Shown: positions 24,403-39,859, counted from the first letter of the whole stretch. The stretch: DNA of 63,881 nucleotides, filler included, from Octopus bimaculoides (GCF_001194135.2; 6 parts of 6 records of this genome joined end to end with filler, not necessarily neighbours in it), one strand, 5' to 3'. Notes: generated by a model not told the origin, from the sequence alone. Program-made: numbers and translations.

Positions 24403-26710
24403 GCACAGTTATGTATTAAATTGTAATTATCCTATTAATTCTATGAGAAATACGCAGACGCAAACACACACACATACACACACACATAACTTCACACTTT
24501 CACACGCAAAGATATATATATATATGCATATATGAGTGTGTTTTTGCGCTTGAGTGTATGTGTGTGTTTGCACGTATGTGCATTTATTTATGTTTATAGG
24601 TAAGTTTATACATCTCAAGATTCAAATTAAAAGAATCTTCATTTGATCGATGCAAACATTATGAAGCACAAACTGCTACGATCACTTTTTGTTATTAAAT
24701 TTCATTAAAAGAGGAGAAAAATATAATTATCGAACGAAATTGACGAAATTACCATAAACTGTAATAGAATTTTAATCAAAAATATTAATTATTCATTTGC
24801 CCTAAAAATAATGATTTGTTAGCAATAAAATTATTCAATTAAAGATAGTCGCAGTTAGAAATGTATATCTGTATAAAGGATAATATACATTCATATATAT
24901 ATGTGTGTGTGCGCGTATACATACATACACACATATATACATAAATCAGAAGCACATTTTAACATAATTTTCCTCACTGTCGGTTAGATAATAATATGGA
25001 TGTAAACACATATCTTCTATACTACTGAAATGCGAAAAAGAAGGAGGGACTCTGCTGTTGGATCATTTCACAGTCTTTCACAGTGTTTCTTTCCTTATCG
25101 ATAGCATACATCAGCTGCTTATGAAGCAGTCATAGATTAGGTTAGGGTATTAGTGAATCTATGCTATTGCTTGAGGAAAGAAAATACGTACATTTTCTTT
25201 GACGGACGATTAACAAACTGTGAAACACTTTTACAGGAAATCCTCTTCCTTTCTTCCAAGGACAGGTTTAGGAAGTATCTTAAAGTTGCTTGGCGTACGT
25301 ATACCTTATTACCAAATAACTACATTTAAGTTGTTGGATATTAATTGAACGTACTTGAGAGGCAAGAGCAACCCTTGCAGAAATCTAATATATGACTGCA
25401 TAATATATTCACAAGAATTCCAACCATCCTCTAGCTATAAACTGAAACATAGTAGATAGTACTATTAGAGGAAAGATGAATTTGTTTTCCAAAAGACTGA
25501 TCATGGTCAACGTCTGTAAGGTAATTATCGTTAATTACGTAATAATGATGAATGATTTTTACTGAGAAGTTTTTAGTATACAAGTACACTATCGCATGCT
25601 GAAGAATATGGTACAATCCACCGTCTAATAGAGATATCTCTGAATATTTTAACACGTTTCAGATAACATTTCCCAAACTAATGAATATCGCAGATTTTCT
25701 AATGTTCAATAGTATTAAATTACACACTTCAAACTTCATCACGTTATGACGGAAAAAGCATAAAGCTCTGTAGCTTCTATCCCCGAGCAACCATCAGTCT
25801 CTGCCGAAATAAATCTAAATGGTCACTCTCTGCGAGGATGCTTCATTACCGAGGAAATAGATTAAAGGTCCACTTACATCCCATCTACTGGTATCCCAAA
25901 CGCTTTACGATACATACAGTCTAAGACTTCACAGAAGGGTTTAATCAGAATATCCATGTCCTGTATTACCTTGAGAGTTTGTGACCGAAGTAGTGATCTG
26001 ACCAGCATAATGCAGAGCATATTCGACATTGTTCTTTCTGATTTCCCCGGAGATTGAAACTGTGTTTCTCTGAGACAGGGCCTATTGAAACAACCCGCTG
26101 TACCCCTTAACATGAAGAACGAATTTCCATAGATTGCCACCCAAGGAGCTTCTGGTAAACTAATTTGTAGCAATTAGCTTCTAACACTGTTATATAATTT
26201 TTTACTGACACATCACTGAAATTTTTGTTAGGAACTTTTACTCAAACTTCTCATGAAAGCAAAGGAGGCAGTGTTGTTTCGTGCCGTTAAACAATAGTCA
26301 ACAACTGCTACAACATATCTTGCTACAGGTACATAACACATGATTCGAAATGACTAGCAGAAATAAATTTTCCTCATCGTCCGATAACAATCGTTTCCCT
26401 ATAAAACTTGTGGAAGTCTCCCAATTTAGAAATTCAGTGTCTCAACGATCAGATAGGCTTCTCAGTCTGTAGAACGTTGAATAATGTGCATTTAAGTTAC
26501 AAACTTTGAATACAAGTATTTAAGCTTAACACGAATAAATTCTTTATGTGCTCCTTTTTTTTGTTCATACTCGTATATATGTAAGTATACACACATATAT
26601 GTATATGAAAAATACATACTCATACATATACACACACACAAACACACGCATATATATGTATATATGTGTGTGTATGTGTGTGTATGTGAGTGTGTATATA
26701 CTTATCCGTG

Positions 26711-26839
<129 letters not shown>

Positions 26840-27377
26840 GGCTAAAACTTGAATAAGTCGTCAGTACACAAATAATTTCTCTCCGGTATTTTATTGAAAA
26901 TAGTTTGTTATGAACGGCGGCAGCAACATATATGAGTGTATATATGAGTGTTTGCGTATGTGTGCGTATGAGTGTATGTACGTGTGTCTTCTTGTTTGCG
27001 CTTGTCAATATATGCGTGTGAGTTCACATACGTATGAGGAAACCAAGAAAAAATGTGCCATACTTATAATAGAGTTTAGTCAATTGTTCGAAATTAAGCT
27101 AAGCTTCATATCATCGCTACATTTTATTTGTCTTTAGATGTTCTGCATTGAAATTCGTGTAGTATTTTGGAATACCGGTGGTCTTAGACACAACATAAAT
27201 GTGTCTGCGTTAATGTGTTAATAATAATCATGAGTTGAGGATCAGGGAAAAAGAACTTGGTTCAATGTACCACAACAATTAACTTGATTCTGGGGGAGAA
27301 TTTGATAACTGCGAAGTGTAATTAGATGTAGGGTTCTATTCTGTTTGTGGTCAGAAAATGATTCTGAAATCCAGTTG

Positions 27378-27570
27378 TTTGTGCCGAAACTGCTTTCAGC
27401 TGATCAAAAGGACACCCGAGTTTCAGTTGCAGAAGATCTCCTTGATTGTGTCGAGGACGATGAAAACTTTGCGTAGGCCTCTGAGAAGGTATCGCTAAGC
27501 TTTTGGCAAAATTTGATGCAGATTCTCTGCTCAACAATCTTTGTTATTGTAAATGCTACGATCACACGCT
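27378..27570 (+). mobile_element. Mariner transposase remnant joined to an apparently inverted piece of element sequence
   Basis: FVPKLLSADQKDTRVSVAEDLLDCVEDDENF (27378-27470) is homologous to the 22042-22341 remnant. The following GCAAAATTTGATGCAGATTC... resembles an opposite-strand mariner 5' region (recalled, unverified). Confidence 0.65.
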
Positions 27571-27759
27571 ACAGACCTTCTTTCCAAGTACTGCTGTAAA
27601 CAGCATAAGTGAGCTAGAACGTCAAAACATAGTAAGCATGCACAGCAGAGTTCAAGGTCTATTTATGCCAAGCGGCTTTACTCTTCGTGCTTTAGCTTTG
27701 TTACTATAGCAAAATTTCGGATACTTATTGATCTGACCACGTATATAGAAGATTCTCTA

Positions 27760-27896
27760 GAACAATACCATGTGCAAAACCAAATATATGGCAACCTAAG
27801 CGTAACACCAACATGAACTTCTAACTTGTTGTCTCTTGAGGTCTCTGGGTGAGACTTGGAGCCAACTCGAACAAATACAAAGCAAAAGTCAAACAT

Positions 27897-27900
<4 letters not shown>
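27760..27900 (+). mobile_element. Probable 3' UTR of an (AAT)n-tailed non-LTR retrotransposon
   Basis: Complex sequence ending abruptly in a long (AAT)n array, the same architecture as 28471-28813; family assignment is by recall only. Confidence 0.35.
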
Positions 27901-28816
<916 letters not shown>

Positions 28817-30291
28817 CGAAAAACTACAAGTGCAAAACAATTTACCAGAAATGAACGGACCGGTACTCTACAAAAATGATGACCGTCAAAATAAAGGGCC
28901 GGACATTGTTCCTCATGTCCTGCAAATAAAACCAAAAAGGCATAAATGAACACGTGAGGAATATATTTCAATCCTACGCGCCTATTTTTCAGCAGTGCTC
29001 TATCCAAAGAAGAAAAACACAACATATACATATAAAATCTGGAAGAAAAATAACCTAAATAAAAACTTGGATACAGCAATGAATCCAAATAAACTAGCTA
29101 ACATACGAAGATATATTCTCAAAACAAAAATTATCAGAAATAGAAATAGAACATTTTAAAAGGAAAAAATACACCAGGAAAATGTAGATAGTAGCCACAC
29201 AGTAATGCCAAATAATATAAAGACTGAGATAGTAAAACACGACGACAACAGCGAAGTAAACAAGAAAAGAAAACAAACCCAGACAGTAAGAATGTATCAA
29301 AATGTGCAAAAAGCACTAATCCAGAATCGATGCCGCCCCGTTCCCTGTAGCACTTTTGGGAATTGTCCATAAACTTCTCCGGGATAGAGCAATCAAGCTG
29401 TTCTCGTCGTTGCCATTTTAATTTATCCACCACGTAAAGAGGAAAGACAAAGTTAACCTAGGCAGGATTTGAACTCGGAATATGAAGTCTCATGTTTTTG
29501 AGACGCTTCTCCAAGAAGACGAAAAATACCAAGAACGGTAGCTGCAAATACAATAACCACAACAGCAGCAGCAACAACAACAGGGGCAATATTACAATNN
29601 NNNNNNNNNNNNNNNNNNNNNNNNNNNNNNNNNNNNNNNNNNNNNNNNNNNNNNNNNNNNNNNNNNNNNNNNNNNNNNNNNNNNNNNNNNNNNNNNNNNN
29701 NNNNNNNNNNNNNNNNNNNNNNNNNNNNNNNNNNNNNNNNNNNNNNNNNNNNNNNNNNNNNNNNNNNNNNNNNNNNNNNNNNNNNNNNNNNNNNNNNNNN
29801 NNNNNNNNNNNNNNNNNNNNNNNNNNNNNNNNNNNNNNNNNNNNNNNNNNNNNNNNNNNNNNNNNNNNNNNNNNNNNNNNNNNNNNNNNNNNNNNNNNNN
29901 NNNNNNNNNNNNNNNNNNNNNNNNNNNNNNNNNNNNNNNNNNNNNNNNNNNNNNNNNNNNNNNNNNNNNNNNNNNNNNNNNNNNNNNNNNNNNNNNNNNN
30001 NNNNNNNNNNNNNNNNNNNNNNNNNNNNNNNNNNNNNNNNNNNNNNNNNNNNNNNNNNNNNNNNNNNNNNNNNNNNNNNNNNNNNNNNNNNNNNNNNNNN
30101 NNNNNNNNNNNNNNNNNNNNNNNNNNNNNNNNNNNNNNNNNNNNNNNNNNNNNNNNNNNNNNNNNNNNNNNNNNNNNNNNNNNNNNNNNNNNNNNNNNNN
30201 NNNNNNNNNNNNNNNNNNNNNNNNNNNNNNNNNNNNNNNNNNNNNNNNNNNNNNNNNNNNNNNNNNNNNNNNNNNNNNNNNNNNNNNNNNN

Positions 30292-30332
<41 letters not shown>

Positions 30333-30442
30333 CTCTCTCTCTGCCTGCTTGTATACATACATATACATACATATACATACAGGTATACCTACATACACCA
30401 GTTATATGTGTCTGTGTGTCCTCTACATATATGTACAAAAGC

Positions 30443-30493
<51 letters not shown>

Positions 30494-30737
30494 TACATAT
30501 GCGTATAAGTATATATATATTCATACATACATACATACATACATACGTACATATATACACATATACGTGCATACACTTCCTTAATGACATTCTCTCACAT
30601 CACCGTAGCCAGCACATGAATGAACCAACTTAATACCTCTAACATATGCATGCGTGCAACTGTGTTGCATGTGTGTTTGTATGTATAATCATACTCATAT
30701 ATGTGAGCGTGTGTATGCCTATATAATACATATGTAA

Positions 30738-30807
<70 letters not shown>

Positions 30808-31655
30808 NNNNNNNNNNNNNNNNNNNNNNNNNNNNNNNNNNNNNNNNNNNNNNNNNNNNNNNNNNNNNNNNNNNNNNNNNNNNNNNNNNNNNNNNNNNNN
30901 NNNNNNNNNNNNNNNNNNNNNNNNNNNNNNNNNNNNNNNNNNNNNNNNNNNNNNNNNNNNNNNNNNNNNNNNNNNNNNNNNNNNNNNNNNNNNNNNNNNN
31001 NNNNNNNNNNNNNNNNNNNNNNNNNNNNNNNNNNNNNNNNNNNNNNNNNNNNNNNNNNNNNNNNNNNNNNNNNNNNNNNNNNNNNNNNNNNNNNNNNNNN
31101 NNNNNNNNNNNNNNNNNNNNNNNNNNNNNNNNNNNNNNNNNNNNNNNNNNNNNNNNNNNNNNNNNNNNNNNNNNNNNNNNNNNNNNNNNNNNNNNNNNNN
31201 NNNNNNNNNNNNNNNNNNNNNNNNNNNNNNNNNNNNNNNNNNNNNNNNNNNNNNNNNNNNNNNNNNNNNNNNNNNNNNNNNNNNNNNNNNNNNNNNNNNN
31301 NNNNNNNNNNNNNNNNNNNNNNNNNNNNNNNNNNNNNNNNNNNNNNNNNNNNNNNNNNNNNNNNNNNNNNNNNNNNNNNNNNNNNNNNNNNNNNNNNNNN
31401 NNNNNNNNNNNNNNNNNNNNNNNNNNNNNNNNNNNNNNNNNNNNNNNNNNNNNNNNNNNNNNNNNNNNNNNNNNNNNNNNNNNNNNNNNNNNNNNNNNNN
31501 NNNNNNNNNNNNNNNNNNNNNNNNNNNNNNNNNNNNNNNNNNNNNNNNNNNNNNNNNNNNNNNNNNNNNNNNNNNNNNNNNNNNNNNNNNNNNNNNNNNN
31601 NNNNNNNNNNNNNNNNNNNNNNNNNNNNNNNNNNNNNNNNNNNNNNNNNNNNNNN

Positions 31656-31704
<49 letters not shown>

Positions 31705-31899
31705 TCATTTGAATTATTCTGCGGTCGGTAGTTCCAATATTATACATTGAGTTCCAGAATTATACACTGAGTTCCAAAATCATGCTACTATCAGAGTTCA
31801 GAAATGTATTACAGATCATTGACAGAAGGACAGAAACAACTAGTTTTGAAATTGGAAGCAAAATTCGATTTGATCTCATATTGGTCTGTGAAGCCTATC

Positions 31900-32256
31900 C
31901 CTGACCGAAACTTTTAAGCAAACGTGATGGTTGCCCCGAATTCATCCTAACTACTCATCAGGTCAAAGATACCTTAGTCAAATGGAGAGTGGCTCAAATC
32001 TCCTAGTCAGTTGACTAGGCTCCTCGACGACAGTGTATCCTCTCTGGATGGGCAAGAAGAGCTGCATGTCACGTGTGAAGTATTCTCACTTAGACTTAAG
32101 GCTGTGATTCGAAACAGAGGTGGTCATATCGAATAAATATGGTAGTTCCATAAGTGTGTTTCCTTTACATTGCGACGCACGGAGCCGAAATATAACCATA
32201 TTTTGCTTTGGCAAAATTGACAAAAGTTGGTTGCCTTAATTTTGGGACACCCTGTA
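31900..32256 (+). mobile_element. Tc1/mariner-superfamily element 3' end (transposase C-terminus plus TIR)
   Basis: EELHVTCEVFSLRLKAVIRNRGGHIE* (32056-32136), then TIR-like ATTTTGGGACACCCTG-TA. Confidence 0.75.
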
Positions 32257-33821
32257 TAATTCGGAATATTTTGGGGGAAAATATTCGGGAGAAAAACGGA
32301 TAAAAAATGAATTTATAAAGTATAAATTTATATAACGGAATTACGTTGGTCCTAGAGTACATTGAAATGGGTTTAAATCTATACCATAGTTACGTTATTT
32401 TTTTATTGGTTCTTACGGTTGGTTCATTGGTATTCATTAACAACTTGTGACAAAAAAAAACATGCAGTTTAAACGCTGCACATCATTTCACTGAGCTTCA
32501 ACCATTATTAAATGGGAGCTTACCCTTTGAAATTTCTCAAAATGCATTTGGGAATTAGCAGCACGACAAATTTGCCTGCTTTTGTTTAGAATTACGATAT
32601 AGACATGAAGTCACAGTACTTGAAATGGATCAAAGTGCTTGTAGCTTATCTAACAACGTCGATTATATTAAGAACTTTGACAGTGAACGACCTTAGCAAA
32701 TAACTCAACAGGAACAATATAAAAGCTAACTCTTTGGCAACTTCCTGCATAAGAAATTATTCTTCGGTTGCAACAGAACAAAGCAAAATTGGAAAAAAAA
32801 GAAAGCACTGCAATTTCCGAAGTATTGTGTTGCTCCCGTTGAATCCCCAGTGCATACATATTAATTGCAATGTTTGTAAGGTGACAACAAAAGATATATA
32901 ATCTAGTAATATTGTTTCTTATAATGGTCTAACAGAAAATTCTTTTAAGAATAGATTATATTAACATTTGGGAACACACAAATTATCAACACAATGAATC
33001 TAAGAAAATGGGAAGTGTTTGGAAAAAGTAAAATGCATAAAAAATCTAAATGGATGGACTTGGAATAATAGAAAACAATTTTGGGTTACAGATCAAAGAA
33101 ATCTAGCTTTGATAGTAACGACTCAGCCAACAAGTTTTTCAAGCTAAAGAAGTGCAAATGCAAAGGTATTTGATGAATCGTTTTCTTTTGTAGTACCGAG
33201 GTCTAGTGTCACAAGCATTCGAAATATATTATTTAATAAAATATCGTTAGGTATGACTTGATTAATTCACACACACACGCACGTACGCACGAACAGACAC
33301 AGTGACATTTATACAACATAGCCATGAAGATACACGCAGCTGCCATAATATAATATAGATTCCTTTAACGTACGCAAGAATTGGTATGTTTTCCTTTATC
33401 CACAAACAGACTTCAATTCAATTCTATCGTATTTCCCCGCTCTCTCACGCTGCATCTTACATGTTCAAACATATATATATATATACATACATACATCTTT
33501 CATCTTTGACTTCAGTCATTGGACTGTGGCCATGCTGGGGTACCAATTTACCGAGCTTAGTCGAACAAATCGCCCCTCCCTCAGGACGTTTTGTTTTGAA
33601 GCAAGGTACTTAATCCGGCAAGTCTTTTTTACCAAACCACTAAGTTAAGCGGATGAAAGCAAACACTGGCTGTCAAGTAGACGAGTGGTACAAACATAAA
33701 TCACAGGCATATATACATATATTCAAACACATATACATACATACATACATGCATACACGCACGCACACATACACACACATATATGTATGTATGTTTGTAA
33801 ATATATATATATATATATATA

Positions 33822-33921
33822 NNNNNNNNNNNNNNNNNNNNNNNNNNNNNNNNNNNNNNNNNNNNTTAATTAATTAANNNNNNNNNNNNNNNNNNNNNNN
33901 NNNNNNNNNNNNNNNNNNNNN
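33822..33921. other. Artificial scaffold linker N44-TTAATTAATTAA-N44
   Basis: Same 100-bp structure. Confidence 0.95.
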
Positions 33922-33925
33922 TCCC

Positions 33926-33959
<34 letters not shown>

Positions 33960-33960
33960 A

Positions 33961-33993
<33 letters not shown>

Positions 33994-34459
33994 TCTATCT
34001 ATCTCTCTATCTATCTATCCATCTATCTATATATGCATACATACATATATGCACATTTACATGTGTATTTGTGTGCTTATCACATATTTATATGGCTGCT
34101 TTCGGGTTGTGTATCAATTTTTGTAAAGTATATGCGTACAGTTTTTGTCTGCACACAGATGCGCGCGTTTTTTTTTCTTTTAAGGAATACTCCAATAGTA
34201 TTTAGTTAAGAGTATAAAAATGTGTCTGAATGCGCCGAGAACAAGCCATATACACGAGTATATATATGTGTGTATGTGTGAGTGTGTATGTGGGTGTGTG
34301 TTTGTATGACTATGTATATCATATATATTTATACATACATTCATACATACATACCTATACTCACGCACGCACACACGCGCTACAGACACACGTATATATG
34401 TACATGCACAAGCATATATACACATATATGTAGAAATAGATAGAGAGTCAGATAAACAC

Positions 34460-34510
<51 letters not shown>

Positions 34511-35086
34511 GAACGTGAGAAAGATAGAGATAGCGATGGAAAAACAGAGAGTTTGAATGAGACAGAGAGGGAGAGAAAGAAAGAGAGAGAGAGAGGGGGA
34601 GGTGACCGAAAGGAAGTTGAGGAGCAAGAGTCTGTGTAAAGTAGAATGACTTTTTTCTTCAATTCTTATCAGTTCTGTTTATTTGTGTTTCGCGATAGGA
34701 ATATTAGTTTTGTTTATTTTATTTTGATTTACCTATAAATAAGTTCCTTATTTTACCAACCACATCATTTCCTTATTGATGTTGTTATTGTTGTTGTTCA
34801 CGTTGATGACGATGACGATGATGATGATGATGATGATGATGATAATTTTTCTGTATTTTTTTTTTATAGTTGTTTATTTCCAGATTCCTTTCCTTCCTCT
34901 ATTATAATATCTGCTGATGAACATTTTTACTTCTGACTCAAAACTAATTTTTTTTCTTCTTCATCGTTTTAATCAGCGGTCCCTCTGCATTCTTTGCGTT
35001 AATGTTTATTCTAGATACATTCCGAAGTCTCTAATGCCAGTGAAAGCTACTTTGTTAGAACATTGAAGCAAGAGGTTTATTTTATC

Positions 35087-35139
<53 letters not shown>

Positions 35140-35749
35140 TATAGACTTTTTTTTAACAGTCGCCTCCAAACAGGATTTATTATGGTTGTTTAGGAGCAAA
35201 ACTAGAAAGAAAGAAAGAAATATCATAAAACAAACTTGTCATTCCTTTTTCTCTTTGCTATTTTTGTTTTGTTATGCTTTCTTGAATGTTTGTAACAAAA
35301 ATGGCGGCTGCTAAATGAATGAACGTTCTTAGTTTTCAGTAACAACCAATTGTGGCAATATAAGAACAGCGTTGTAGTTGTAATATCAGTCAACTGAGAG
35401 TGTTAATATCCTCATGCAGCGTCTGCTACCATCTTTTGCATTTCTATTGATCGGTTTTATTGGCACAAGGCAAGCAACACATTTCTAGTGAAGCAGTATG
35501 ATGTTTTGAATTAATCCTAGTTCATTACTACTATTTATTTTATTGAGCACAAAACGGCGAAATGAAAAACATGAACAAAACTGGCAATAATAGGATGCAA
35601 TGCAATGTAACCTAATATTCGAAATACTTTGATACACCTCTTCAGCGTTTCTACTAACCTATCACCAGATTTCATATTAATATCCATAGAGATTCCGGTT
35701 GAAGAAAAGACTCAATAAGTCCTCTAATTGCTTGTATTCTATAGAATGT

Positions 35750-36212
35750 GACTGGGTGATGAATGTTGATCTAGAGAGGCAGCTAAAATTTCCATGAAAC
35801 GCCCACCAGTTCTCCTTGAGACAGTACAACAGCTTAATTTCTGAGGTCAACGGCTGCTTATTCTGTTGGAACTAACTGTGCCTGATGCAGAGTGAATAAA
35901 AGTACAAGAGAGATACAAGGCTGGTGGAGAACCAAGTGCATGCCAACAGAAGTGAGCAGTCAAGGGTTTGAGAGCTGCTCACTCAGTAAGGGAATCATAC
36001 GCATCAACAGAAGAGCTATTATGAAAAATCTTGGAGGCTACTGAGAAGGCCTTTACACAGCTCTGACTAAAACGGCAGACCTGCTAGTTCAGTGGAATGC
36101 CACTTGGACAGAGGCTGGGGAATGAACAACTTCAGTTGGGTTGCCTGGATATGGGTGCACGTTGGAAGACACAAAACACAGTGATTCCACACCAGGCTAG
36201 AAGATGATGTGT
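35750..36212 (+). mobile_element. Degenerate HERO/NeSL-clade non-LTR retrotransposon 3' end (RLE domain plus 3' UTR)
   Basis: Frameshifted DWVMNVDLERQLKFP..ILLELTVP...GIIRINRRAIMKNL..EATEKAF.QL.LKR, then a HERO-like UTR ending GATGATGTGTC. Confidence 0.65.
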
Positions 36213-36997
36213 CTGAGTATTATAGCCGTAGATGTTTGAAGATTTCACCAGCAAGCTACAACTATCTGCTCACTAAGCTAATGTTCAATCTTTCTATTCT
36301 TCCACTGCTACTACAACGATCTCTAGACATCTAAAGCTTCTACATAGATACATTTATCGAGGCAAGTAAACCTGATACGTCCGCCTTCTCTCTTCTTTTC
36401 ACTTCTATTATGGACTCTTGATTTAAATGCTACATAATCACACGAAATTGTTTTCATCCCAGTGATTTTTATGGAAACGCCATAATTACAGATGTTTAAT
36501 AAACATCAACCGCATCAGACTCATCAGTGTAGAAGGACTGCAAACAATATAATTACAAGATTTCTTTCTCTGTAGTGTTCATAAAACAAACATGCAGAAC
36601 GTTTTACAATTCACAACCGTTTACGGCGTTAATATGATATAATTCTGGTCGCTGTGGTTATCCGCTTGTTATATTAAACTTTACTTGAATAATAAAGTGA
36701 ACTGAACTCGAAATTATATAGAAGCTACGCATTTTAATTTTTATTAAATTTACAATTTTAGCATCGCTCTGTTATCCAGATCTAGCATACTCAAGATTGG
36801 CAGATTCGCAGGATCATAAGACAATATGACTTGGAGTACTGCTCTGGATTTTTGCATTCTGAGTTCAGATACCACCGAAATTAAGATTACAGTTTCTTCT
36901 AGTGTCTGTAAAATAATTACCCTAGGTTGTTGCTGATTTGCTTTTATTTAAAAGTCCACAAATGAAAAAATAAATGAAAATAAATGCGCCCTTTTAA

Positions 36998-37230
36998 AGC
37001 CTAGCCAGGCTCATGAGCCCGGTTTCCCGGTTTCAATGGCGCATGTGTTCCCCAGCTGGACGGGACACCAGTCCATTGCAGCGTTCCTCATTTTTGCCAG
37101 CTGAGTGGACTGGAGCAACATGCAATGAAGTGCTTTGCTCAAAAACACAACGCATCGCCTGGTCCAGGAATCGAAACCACAATATTACGATCATGATGCT
37201 GATACCCTAACCACTAAGCTACGCGCCTCC
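36998..37230 (-). repeat. tRNA-derived SINE (GGAGGCGCGTAGCTTAGTGGTTAGGG head); related copies at ~52818-52870 and ~58995-59162
   Basis: tRNA-like A and B boxes followed by a non-tRNA body. Confidence 0.7.
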
Positions 37231-37352
37231 ACAAAATTCAACAAGTGTGATTTATGTCTACTAAGTATGAGGATAATCTCATGTAATCGAACTTTTATCA
37301 ATTCACATTATATATCTCGGAATTCCATAATTATAAACTTATTCTACATTCA

Positions 37353-37599
37353 GTGGAGGCGCAATGGCCCAGTGGTTAGGGCACCGGTTTCGATTCCCAG
37401 ACCGGGCGTTGTGAGTGTTTATTGAGCGAAAACACCTAAAGCTCCACGAGGCTCCGGCAGGGGATGGTGGCGAACCCTGCTGTACTCTTTCACCACAACT
37501 TTCGCTTAATAAACACTCACAACGCCCGGCCTGGGAATCGAAACCGCGATCCTATGACCGCGAGTCCGCTGCCCTAACCACTGGCCATTGCACCTCCAC
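37353..37599. repeat. Inverted (tail-to-tail) pair of a tRNA-derived SINE forming a foldback
   Basis: 37353 onward reads GTGGAGGCGCAATGGCCCAGTGGTTAGGG...; 37599 backward reads the same head on the minus strand. Confidence 0.8.
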
Positions 37600-38593
37600 G
37601 CAGTAAAATGACTGAAACAAACAAAAGACAGATTGACAATGTTTTAAAAGACCCCCAACCCATTTTCACGAAAATGCAACTATCCGTCATATTTCTAGTA
37701 ATATCCCCCAATGCTACAAATTGCGTGCAAAAACCGTTTAAAACATCACTTATCTACTACTGCTTTTTTCTGCAGCAGAGTTGATTGAGCTTGTTAACGA
37801 AACACTCAGTTAATGACAGCTTCCTGTTGAGCAACACCAGTTTCTCTGCTGCATTACTGAATCGTTATATTTAATCGTTACTAGCATCGCATAAAAAAAA
37901 ACAAAAAACAAACTCCATTAAAATGAGCCGGAAAGTGAGTCGCTACACGATTGTCCAATCTGTTGAGAATAGTAGTTTAATATCTCTTACATGGAATCTA
38001 TGTATTCAAAGTACAACCAGTTGTCACTCGCGAACGGGTATGACGCTACATGATGCACCATGCATTCGATAATTGTTTTAAGTGTCTGTGTAACCACGGC
38101 TATATTTAAGCATATATCTATATATATANNNNNNNNNNNNNNNNNNNNNNNNNNNNNNNNNNNNNNNNNNNNNNNNNNNNNNNNNNNNNNNNNNNNNNNN
38201 NNNNNNNNNNNNNNNNNNNNNNNNNNNNNNNNNNNNNNNNNNNNNNNNNNNNNNNNNNNNNNNNNNNNATATATATATATATATATATATACATGTGCGT
38301 GTGTGTGTAAGTAGACACACACACATAAGTAATTATTTAAACATTGGTTATGTACCTAGTAGTTAGTCGGTGAGGCACATTTACTGCTTATGGCTACCTG
38401 ACATCACCCACAGTGTTTATACAATTGTCGCTGGATCTACCAATCTACCTCGGGAATTCTGCAGTGTTAGTCGAATATATAACAAGAGACGGAAAATGGA
38501 ATATACGAGAAACTTTGTTGCAGGATGGGGCGTAACGGTCATTGTGAGCAACATATTTTCTCGCATATTCCATTTACATTCTTTATCTGTTGT

Positions 38594-38624
<31 letters not shown>

Positions 38625-39148
38625 ATGTGTGTGTATACATTCTTAAACGATCTGATACCAAGCAATAGATTGGATAATGTAAATTAACTGTAAGCTATGT
38701 GGAGTGAAATTTCTGTTTTGTTACATGCATAAACAACTGACAGTTATGTGAAATAATTACTGGTGTTGCCGTCCGTTCATAATCGGCTGAATGTTACGCA
38801 ATTATATTCTTTTCTACTCTAGGCACAAGGCCCGAAATTTTTGGGGAGGGGGCTAGCCGAATAGATCGACCCCAGTACGTAACTGGTAATTAATTTATCG
38901 ACCCCTAAAGGATGAAAGGCAAAGTCGACCTCGGCGGAATTTGAATCCAGAGCGTAAAGACAGACGAAATACTGCTAAGCATTTCGCCCGGCGTGCTAAA
39001 GTTTCTGCCAGCTCACTGCCTTGTTCCGCACTTATATTACTGGTACTTATAACAGAGCTCTTAATTAGTTACAGGACTCACTAGAAATAGCAGTCAACGT
39101 TGGTGAAGACGACGATGTACTCATCTCGGATTAATTTGATGTACAGTT

Positions 39149-39859
39149 TACAGGGTGGTCCGAGAGTCTTGTTACTCTTTACCAAAAAGTAACGAGAACA
39201 AAATAAAAACAAGTAATGTAGTTATCTAAAGCATGAGCTGGATTTATTTTATTCACTTTCATTAAAGCTGTCACACATCGAGAAGGTCTGTATGAATAGT
39301 ATCATTTTCGTGGCACAAAATGATGCGGCACCATGTCCTGTGTGATATTTTTCGAAGCTGTTTCTTTGGTGATTGTTGCAAAGACTCTCCGAACGGCGTC
39401 CTTCCACTCATGGGTATTCTCGTATCGTTCATGCGAAACTCTCTCTCCTTGATAATACCCCACAGAGCGTTATCGCAAGACATAGCAGGCCAATCGACAG
39501 GTGCTGGAAGTTGTTACGCTCCTCGCCCAATCCATCTATCCCGAAAAACTTCATTTAGGTATTCCCGGATAGTGATAGCATAGTGGAATGGGGCACCATA
39601 GTGTTGAAACCAACAATCATTCAGGTCAACATTCAGCCTCTGGAGCTGATGAGCAAATCACTCTCTTACCATGTCCAAGTAAGATAGCCGGTTAACAGTG
39701 CACTCGAAGAAATACGGTCCAATCAGGTGCTTACTCGATAATGATGGCCCACATCATTAGAAGTGGGCGGGTTGTGCTAGAACAAAAAAATAATGATAAT
39801 AATGACAAAAAAAAAATAATAATATGTAGTGGGTAACAACACTTTCGGAGCACCCTGTA
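39149..39859 (-). mobile_element. Deleted Tc1/mariner element (DD37D/maT-like C-terminus) with both TIRs
   Basis: 29-bp TIRs TACAGGGTGGTCCGAGAGTCTTGTTACTC / GGGTAACAACACTTTCGGAGCACCCTGTA with TA ends; minus-strand LNDCWFQHYGAPFHYAITIREYLNEVFRDRWIGRG*QLPAPVDWP..CDNALWGIIKE. Confidence 0.88.

Noticed and set aside
25874-26173. 99-aa minus-strand ORF
   Set aside because: No recognisable motif, non-ATG start and no clear splice sites.
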